Part shown: positions 57,751-64,000 of the stretch, piece after piece | How the letters are laid out: each line of letters opens with the position of its first letter | Position numbering within the stretch: position 1 is the first letter of the stretch | Source: an uncultured Candidatus Saccharibacteria bacterium | GTDB lineage: Bacteria; Patescibacteriota; Dojkabacteria; J137 | Direction of reading: 5' to 3' | DNA length: 64,000 nucleotides | NCBI GenBank assembly: GCA_964414295.1 | Contig: CAYPVU010000020.1 | Span: 43,289-107,288, forward strand | Program-made: the position numbers and the translations under genes | Notes under the pieces: generated by a model | The model's input: the letters and a program-made list of their open reading frames with translations, nothing else | What the model was told of the DNA's origin: nothing | Database searches by the model: none

Positions 57751-58604
57751 ATGATGTATTAATAGCGCCCTACAGAACAGATAGAAATAAAGCTTTAGAA
57801 ATATATTTAAGAGATAATTCTGATAATGTAGAGTTAGCTATAGAAAGGCTATTTGAGGAAATTCTTTATAAACTTGAAGATACAGGTATTAATAATACAA
57901 TACTAAACTATCCTTCAATATTAATAGCAGAAACAGTACTTAAATATAATAAACAGATTAAAGACTTCTTAATTAAAGATGTAAAGGATTTGCTTAAGAA
58001 TAGAGAATTTACAGAAAGAACTGCACGTAAATTTATAGATGAAAATCATAGACACATAAAATGGTCCTTAAATGAATGGATCCTTTTAAATGCAGGGTGC
58101 TGTATAGAGATATGCCATTTAAGTAAGGTTTGTTCAAATATTGTTAAGGAACAGCTTAAAAATAAAAACATTAATCCAGAATCATTATTTATACATAACC
58201 ATGTAGTAAGGCCTTTAGAATCTGAATATTTAATTACAAGAGGAGTTCAGTTAGGTGAAGTAGGATTTAAAAAAGAATACTTTATAGAATCTAGAACTAT
58301 TTCTGCAAAAATTATTAAGGCATCTAAAGTAATAGAAGCTGTAATATCTGAAGGCTCTTGGATTTATGATCCTCAAATATATAAGCTATGGAATGGAAAA
58401 CCTTTAGTAAAATTCGATTTTTTAGCAGACCAAAGATTAGTAGGACATAGGTTTTATGTTAAGACTCTTTTAGAAGGTGATACACAATTAAAATTTGCTT
58501 TAGAGAATAGTAAAACCAGACAAGCTCTTTATAAAGAAGGTAAATACATACCGGAAAGCTGGGGAGTAATATATTCAAAAAAAGAACTTTTAAAACAATT
58601 TTAA
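57747..58604 (+). CDS. Hypothetical protein within the heat-shock operon
   Basis: ATGA overlap with grpE; GSWIYDPQ and RQALYKEGKYIP motifs. Confidence 0.6.
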   Translation: MNDVLIAPYRTDRNKALEIYLRDNSDNVELAIERLFEEILYKLEDTGINNTILNYPSILIAETVLKYNKQIKDFLIKDVKDLLKNREFTERTARKFIDENHRHIKWSLNEWILLNAGCCIEICHLSKVCSNIVKEQLKNKNINPESLFIHNHVVRPLESEYLITRGVQLGEVGFKKEYFIESRTISAKIIKASKVIEAVISEGSWIYDPQIYKLWNGKPLVKFDFLADQRLVGHRFYVKTLLEGDTQLKFALENSKTRQALYKEGKYIPESWGVIYSKKELLKQF

Positions 58605-58620
58605 AGTTGACAACTTCAAA

Positions 58621-58647
58621 TTAGCAGTTATAGAATTAGAGTGCTAA
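58621..58647 (+). promoter_or_regulatory. CIRCE element upstream of dnaK
   Basis: TTAGCAGTT-N9-GAGTGCTAA, just downstream of a TTGACA. Confidence 0.9.
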
Positions 58648-58681
58648 ATTTAAAAATTTTAAACTATTATTATTCATATTT

Positions 58682-60580
58682 ATGGGAAAAGTAGTAGGAA
58701 TCGACTTAGGAACTACAAACTCTGCTGTAGCTTTTGTTCAGGCAGGAAAACCGGAAGTTATAACAAGCAAAGAAGGATCTAGATTAATTCCATCTGTAGT
58801 AGCAATAGATAACACCAGCGAAATTGTGGGGATCACAGCTAAAAATCAAATGGTAACTAATCCGGAGCAAACCTTTTATTCTATAAAAAGACTTATCGGA
58901 AGAAGATTCGAAGATGCCGAAGTGCAAAAAGATATTGAATTACTTCCATTTGAAATTAGAAAAAGTGATAAAGGTGGAGTTGAAATTAAGTTTGGAAATG
59001 AATGGGTTTCACCAGAAGTAATATCTGCAAAAGTATTATCAAAAATAAAAACAGATGCAGAAGCTTACCTAGGAGAAAAAATTACAGAAGCAGTTATTAC
59101 TGTTCCTGCATATTTTGATGATTCTCAAAGACAGGCTACAAAAAACGCCGGTAAAATTGCTGGATTTGATGTAAAAAGAATTATTAACGAACCTACAGCT
59201 GCAGCTATTGCATATGGATTAGACAAAAAAGGCGACCAAACAATTGCTGTTTATGACTTAGGTGGTGGTACATTCGATATCTCAATTTTAGATATAGGAG
59301 ATGGCGTATACGAAGTAAAATCTACTGCAGGAGATACTCACTTAGGAGGAGATGACTTTGATCAAAGATTAATAGATTTCTTTATATCTGAATTTAAAAA
59401 AGAGCAGGGTATTGATCTTAAAGAAGATGCAGCAGCATTACAGAGGCTAAAAGAAGCTGCTGAAAAAGCAAAGATTACTCTATCCTCTAGTGAAGCAGCA
59501 GATGTAAATCTTCCTTATATTACAGCTGATGCAAAGGGCCCTAAACACTTTAGACTTCAATTAACTAGAGCACAATTCGAAAATCTTGTAGGAGAATTAG
59601 TAGATAAAACATTTGATTCAGTCTCTAAAGCTCTTAAAGATGCAGGATTAGAAAAATCTGAAATTGACGAAGTAATTATGGTTGGTGGTATGACAAGAAT
59701 GCCATTAGTTCTAAAAAAAGTTGAAGAATTTTTTGGTAAAAAAGGAAATCAATCTGTTAATCCAGATGAGGTAGTAGCAGTTGGTGCTGCTCTACAGGCT
59801 GCAGTTTTAGCTGGAGATTCAAGTGTACAAGATATTACATTATTAGATGTAACACCTTTATCTTTAGGATTAGAAGTAAATGCTGGAGAAATGCATGTAA
59901 TTATTCCAAGAAATACAACAATTCCTACAGAAAAAACTGAAGATATGTTTACTACAGCAGTTGATAACCAACCAGCTATTGATGTTAAAGTTTTACAAGG
60001 AGAAAGACCTTTAGCTAAGGATAATAAAGTTCTTGGTAGTTTTAGGTTAGAAGATATTCCACCGGCACCTAGAGGAGTACCTAGATTTGCAATCACATTT
60101 AAATTAGACGCAAACGGTATTTTAAATGTAAAGGCTAAAGATGTTAAAACAAATAAAGAGCAGAGTATTACAATTACTGCTTCAACACATATGGATCAGG
60201 ATGAAATTGATAAAAGAGTAAGAGAAGCTGAAGAAAATAAAGCTAAAGATGAAGAAGTAGTAACTAGACTAAAAACAAAGAATGAAGCTGACACTGTTAT
60301 TTATCAAACAGAAAAGTTAGTAAAAGATTACGGAGACAAAATTGGAGAAGAATCTAAAAAAGAATTAACAGATAAAGCTAATGCTTTAAAAGAAATGATA
60401 AGCAAAGAAGACTTTAATATTGAAGAAGTTAAAAAAGCTTATGATGAGTTAGTACAAAAATCTCAAGATGCAGGTGCCAAGATTTATCAAGAAGATCCAA
60501 ATGCAGGTGCAAATACTTCTAATGAAACTGCGGAAGATAAAAAGAAGGATGAACCACTAGAAGGTGAAGTTATTGAATAA
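58682..60580 (+). CDS. dnaK: Chaperone DnaK
   Basis: GIDLGTTNS, TVPAYFDDSQRQAT, DLGGGTFD, LLDVTPLSLG. Confidence 0.98.
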   Translation: MGKVVGIDLGTTNSAVAFVQAGKPEVITSKEGSRLIPSVVAIDNTSEIVGITAKNQMVTNPEQTFYSIKRLIGRRFEDAEVQKDIELLPFEIRKSDKGGVEIKFGNEWVSPEVISAKVLSKIKTDAEAYLGEKITEAVITVPAYFDDSQRQATKNAGKIAGFDVKRIINEPTAAAIAYGLDKKGDQTIAVYDLGGGTFDISILDIGDGVYEVKSTAGDTHLGGDDFDQRLIDFFISEFKKEQGIDLKEDAAALQRLKEAAEKAKITLSSSEAADVNLPYITADAKGPKHFRLQLTRAQFENLVGELVDKTFDSVSKALKDAGLEKSEIDEVIMVGGMTRMPLVLKKVEEFFGKKGNQSVNPDEVVAVGAALQAAVLAGDSSVQDITLLDVTPLSLGLEVNAGEMHVIIPRNTTIPTEKTEDMFTTAVDNQPAIDVKVLQGERPLAKDNKVLGSFRLEDIPPAPRGVPRFAITFKLDANGILNVKAKDVKTNKEQSITITASTHMDQDEIDKRVREAEENKAKDEEVVTRLKTKNEADTVIYQTEKLVKDYGDKIGEESKKELTDKANALKEMISKEDFNIEEVKKAYDELVQKSQDAGAKIYQEDPNAGANTSNETAEDKKKDEPLEGEVIE

Positions 60581-60584
60581 ATTT

Positions 60585-60610
60585 AAAGGGAGCAATCGCT
60601 CCCTTTTTTT
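60585..60610. terminator. Intrinsic terminator after dnaK
   Basis: AAAGGGAGC-AATC-GCTCCC-TTTTTTT. Confidence 0.85.
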
Positions 60611-61052
60611 AAGCCTCAACAAAAGGTTGAAGCTCTAAAGATGACTCAACACTATAAATACCTGCAGCGGTAGTTCCATCTATTAGAATATCTGCATACT
60701 CACCATTTATATTATCTACAACTTCAATGCAGAGATTTACTAAACCTATTAAACTAGGATCAATAGATTCTGGTAAATTTGCTAAAAAGTATTCAGCAGC
60801 AGTTTTAAATTTGCCTACAGATGCCTCTGTATTTCCGATAATTAATAACCTCATTTGAGAAGCTAGCTCTTCTAGTGCATTCTGTAGCTCCTGACTTTCT
60901 TCATTCGAAAAGTAAAGATTATTTAATTCTTTTAATCTTTTGTAAAGTGCTAAGGAAGCTAATCCTATTTGTCTAGGTTTATCTAATCTAATATCGTATT
61001 GAATCTCGCCTTCAGCCGTTCTTGGATATTCACCCCAGTTATATATAGACAT
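60609..61052 (-). CDS. Hypothetical protein
   Basis: 147-aa helical ORF with no recognisable motif. Confidence 0.55.
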   Translation of the reverse strand: MSIYNWGEYPRTAEGEIQYDIRLDKPRQIGLASLALYKRLKELNNLYFSNEESQELQNALEELASQMRLLIIGNTEASVGKFKTAAEYFLANLPESIDPSLIGLVNLCIEVVDNINGEYADILIDGTTAAGIYSVESSLELQPFVEA

Positions 61053-61188
61053 AAGCTAACATTAAAAAATTAAGATGGATTAAGCAGTACAAGACTGTTC
61101 AATTCTAAGCAGAAAAAGGGGAATAAAAGTTTTGCGTAAAAATTAGTAAGCTTAACTTTTATTTTTATTAACATAACGGTGTAATAAT

Positions 61189-63999
61189 TTACTCAATTAT
61201 AACCCATTTTTTTAAACATTCACGAGTTTTAGTTTCTTTAAGATTAGTATGTTTTACAAAGGTCTTAGTATTACCTTTAGAACCATAAATTATTTTAACT
61301 TCAGTACTATCAGGAGTATCTGTAAGAACTTCTTTTAAACAATTTAACTCTTCCTTATCTGTAACTCCTGTTATATCTACAGTAATTTTTTTAGGTTCAC
61401 CTAAAACATTTGCATGTTCCAAACTGTTTACTATAAGAGACTTTCTATCTTCTCTTTCATTTATTACTCCTCTTATGATTAAAGGAGAAGACTCATTTAA
61501 GAATTGTTTATATTTTTCAAATGTCTTTGGAAAAATAACTGCATCAACCTTACCTGTCATATCTTCAAAAGTAAGAATAGCCATTTTGGAATTGTCTTTT
61601 TTTGTATAAACAAATTTAAATGTTGTAAGCATACAGAGCATTTTTACATTTTTTCCAGGTTTAGTTTCATCTATTTGGTTTGCACTAATATAATCAGGGA
61701 AAATTTCTACCCATGAAAATTTGTGCAGCGGATGAGTTGAAATAAATAGTCCCATATAATCCTTTTCCCAATTCATTTTGTCATGATCACTTGCTGGTTC
61801 AACATCAGGTAAAAGAGTTGCATTAAAAAACTGCTTTTGTGGCTGGTCAGTTTCTTCTAAATCAAATCCAAATAAATCTGTCTGTGCTTCATCTCTTTTT
61901 TTACTTTTAACATTTAGCTTCTGAAGAATTTCTGGCATTACCTTTAAGAGAGCATTTCTATCACCAAAATCATCCATTGCTCCAGACTTTATTAATGCCT
62001 CTAGAATTCTTTTGTTTATAAATTCAGATCCAACTCTAAATACAAAATCATCCAAATTTAAATATTCACCATTAAGTCTTTCTTCTATTATTCTTTCACA
62101 AGCCTTAACACCTACATTCTTAATGGCACCTAATCCAAAACGAATACTATTATTATTTTCTGGTTCAAAATATACACCTGATTTATTTATATTGGGAGGC
62201 AATACTTCGTAACCCATTCTTCTTGCCTCTTGAATATCTATTGTAACTCTATCTAAGTTTTCTAAGTCTGAATGGATTAATGCAGTGATAAATTCTAGTG
62301 GGTAGTGGGCTTTTAAATAAGCACATTTATAAGCAAGAACTGCATATCCCGCAGCATGAGCTTTATTAAATCCGTAATCTGCAAATGGCAAGATCATATT
62401 CCAAAGTTTGTCTGCCACTTCTTGAGAGTAACCTTTTTTCATTACTCCTTCTTTAAGCTTAGGTTCTTCCTTTTGCATAACATCCATCTTCTTTTTACCT
62501 ACAGCTTTTCTTAATGAATCTGCCTGTCCCATGTTATAGCCAGCAACATCTACCGATAACCTCATTAATTGTTCCTGATAGACCATGTAACCATTGGTAA
62601 CGCCAAGAATAGGCTCAAGCTCAGGAATTAAGTAGCTAGCTTCTTTTAATCCATTTTTTACTTTAATGTAGTCGGGGATATATTTCATAGCTCCTGGTCT
62701 GTAGGCCGCAACCATAAAGCATATATCTTCTTGAGTTTCTGGTTTTAATTCTTTTAAGTACTGCTGCATAGGAGGAGACTCGAATTGGAATACACCAATT
62801 GTTTCTCCTCTTGAAAATAATTCAAAAGTTTTTTTATCACTTGCGGGAATATTATAAAAGTCTACAGTGATTCCATACTTTTTTTGAATAATCTCTATTG
62901 TTCTTTTTACAATAGTTAAAGTTCTTAGTCCTAAGAAATCAAATTTCATTAATCCTAACTCTTCTAACCATGGACCTTCAAACTGAACTACTGTTCTTCC
63001 CCCTCCAGCTTCTAACTGTAACGGTGCATAATTAACAATCGGACCTGGCGTAATCAAATGTCCGCAAGCGTGCACCGAAGAATGCCTAGACATATTTTCA
63101 ATCTTTTGTACAATTGCAGCCATTTCTTGAAGTTTAGGATCTGATTCTATAATTCGCTTAAACTCTTCATCTTCCTTCATCATCTTATCAATTGTGTATA
63201 CCTTTCCAAACAAAACATGTACCATCTTAGACAATCTGTCAGCGACTTTAAGATCAATTCCCATCACCCTAGAAACATCTCTTATTGCAGCTTTAGTTTT
63301 TAATCTTCCAACAGCTAAGATTGCTGCTACTGCATCTTTCCCATACTTTTCTTCTACATAAGCAATAATTTCATCTCGTCTATCGTCTTGTATATCCATA
63401 TCAATATCGGGAGGCGAAGGTCTTTCTGGATTCAAAAATCTCTCAAAATATAATTCCCATTTAATAGGATCAACTTCCACTATATCTAAACAGTGTGCAG
63501 CAGCAGAACCTGCAACAGAACCTCTTACTCCCATAAGAATTCCAGATCGAGCTGCAAACTTCATAATATCCGAAACTACTAAAAAGTAGTCATCATAACC
63601 TTTGTCGTGTATAACATCTAACTCGTATCTTAATCTTTCGTATAAATCTTCTCCTAATTCCTTTTTAGTTGATTCATAATCATTCTTATGTAAGTCATTT
63701 AATATTTCTTCGTATTTTTGTGGATTTTCCGTATTAAGTTTTTTATATTTTCTTAAAGCTCCGTCGTAGGTTTGTCTTTTTAATTCACTACCTGCAGTTT
63801 CTCCTTCCGGAACATTCCAAAATCTGGGCTGAACTCTGTCAAAAGCAATAGAGAAGGATTCAATTTGCTCATCAATTCTTTGTGTATTGTCTACAGCTTC
63901 TTTACAATCTGCAAATTTAGTCTCCATTTCTTCAGGAGATAGAATATAAGTACCTTCGTAACCATGTCTGCAGTCGGGTTCAGTTATAAGTTTTCCGTC
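61189..63999 (-). CDS. dnaE: DNA polymerase III alpha subunit, 5'-truncated by the window edge
   Basis: RGSVAGS, FERFLNPER..PPDIDMD, KFDFLGL, GVFQFES, YGFNKAHA; frame is open to the window end. Confidence 0.97.
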   Translation of the reverse strand, partial: DGKLITEPDCRHGYEGTYILSPEEMETKFADCKEAVDNTQRIDEQIESFSIAFDRVQPRFWNVPEGETAGSELKRQTYDGALRKYKKLNTENPQKYEEILNDLHKNDYESTKKELGEDLYERLRYELDVIHDKGYDDYFLVVSDIMKFAARSGILMGVRGSVAGSAAAHCLDIVEVDPIKWELYFERFLNPERPSPPDIDMDIQDDRRDEIIAYVEEKYGKDAVAAILAVGRLKTKAAIRDVSRVMGIDLKVADRLSKMVHVLFGKVYTIDKMMKEDEEFKRIIESDPKLQEMAAIVQKIENMSRHSSVHACGHLITPGPIVNYAPLQLEAGGGRTVVQFEGPWLEELGLMKFDFLGLRTLTIVKRTIEIIQKKYGITVDFYNIPASDKKTFELFSRGETIGVFQFESPPMQQYLKELKPETQEDICFMVAAYRPGAMKYIPDYIKVKNGLKEASYLIPELEPILGVTNGYMVYQEQLMRLSVDVAGYNMGQADSLRKAVGKKKMDVMQKEEPKLKEGVMKKGYSQEVADKLWNMILPFADYGFNKAHAAGYAVLAYKCAYLKAHYPLEFITALIHSDLENLDRVTIDIQEARRMGYEVLPPNINKSGVYFEPENNNSIRFGLGAIKNVGVKACERIIEERLNGEYLNLDDFVFRVGSEFINKRILEALIKSGAMDDFGDRNALLKVMPEILQKLNVKSKKRDEAQTDLFGFDLEETDQPQKQFFNATLLPDVEPASDHDKMNWEKDYMGLFISTHPLHKFSWVEIFPDYISANQIDETKPGKNVKMLCMLTTFKFVYTKKDNSKMAILTFEDMTGKVDAVIFPKTFEKYKQFLNESSPLIIRGVINEREDRKSLIVNSLEHANVLGEPKKITVDITGVTDKEELNCLKEVLTDTPDSTEVKIIYGSKGNTKTFVKHTNLKETKTRECLKKWVIIE

Positions 64000-64000
64000 T

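Noticed and set aside
11117-62212. Short antisense or nested ORFs in the track (e.g. 11117, 17007, 23711, 25709, 40170, 50418, 54001, 54706, 55679, 59749, 62012)
   Set aside because: All lie within well-supported longer genes and have no motifs
1-64000. CRISPR array, IS element, rRNA or alternative genetic code
   Set aside because: No regularly spaced repeats, transposase or rRNA-like sequence seen; conserved genes are full length under code 11 and TGA is used as a stop

Overview
AT-rich bacterial chromosome segment using the standard genetic code. The gene content (archaeal-type non-discriminating AspRS, PEGA protein, membrane GT2, CPDG-repeat peptide, many orphans, almost no biosynthetic genes) suggests a Patescibacteria/CPR genome, possibly Dojkabacteria-like; this is an inference. 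The first ~3.45 kb looks like the end of an integrated element. It carries a 5'-truncated Zn-hook ABC/AAA ATPase (RloC-like), a membrane-anchored protein preceded by a promoter and a highly structured leader RNA, and an orphan reading-frame tail at the likely junction. Housekeeping genes follow: aspS, asnS, cysS, gatA, rsmE, efp-epmA, pyrD, fur/ZIP, msrB, tRNA-Gly, pepF, a GldAFG-like ABC system, mutS, hrcA-grpE-dnaK with CIRCE sites, and a partial dnaE. The most interesting items are (i) the structured, possibly switching or pseudoknotted RNA at ~2815-2965, (ii) a triplicated WxL-like subunit + DUF916-like partner surface-fibre cluster at 42.1-49.3 kb, (iii) a leader-peptide attenuator in front of an HD-glycosyltransferase fusion, (iv) an efp-epmA-methyltransferase operon with no adjacent epmB/epmC, and (v) a YecM-like-GrpE fusion. 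All family calls come from motif recognition by eye; no database searches were run.
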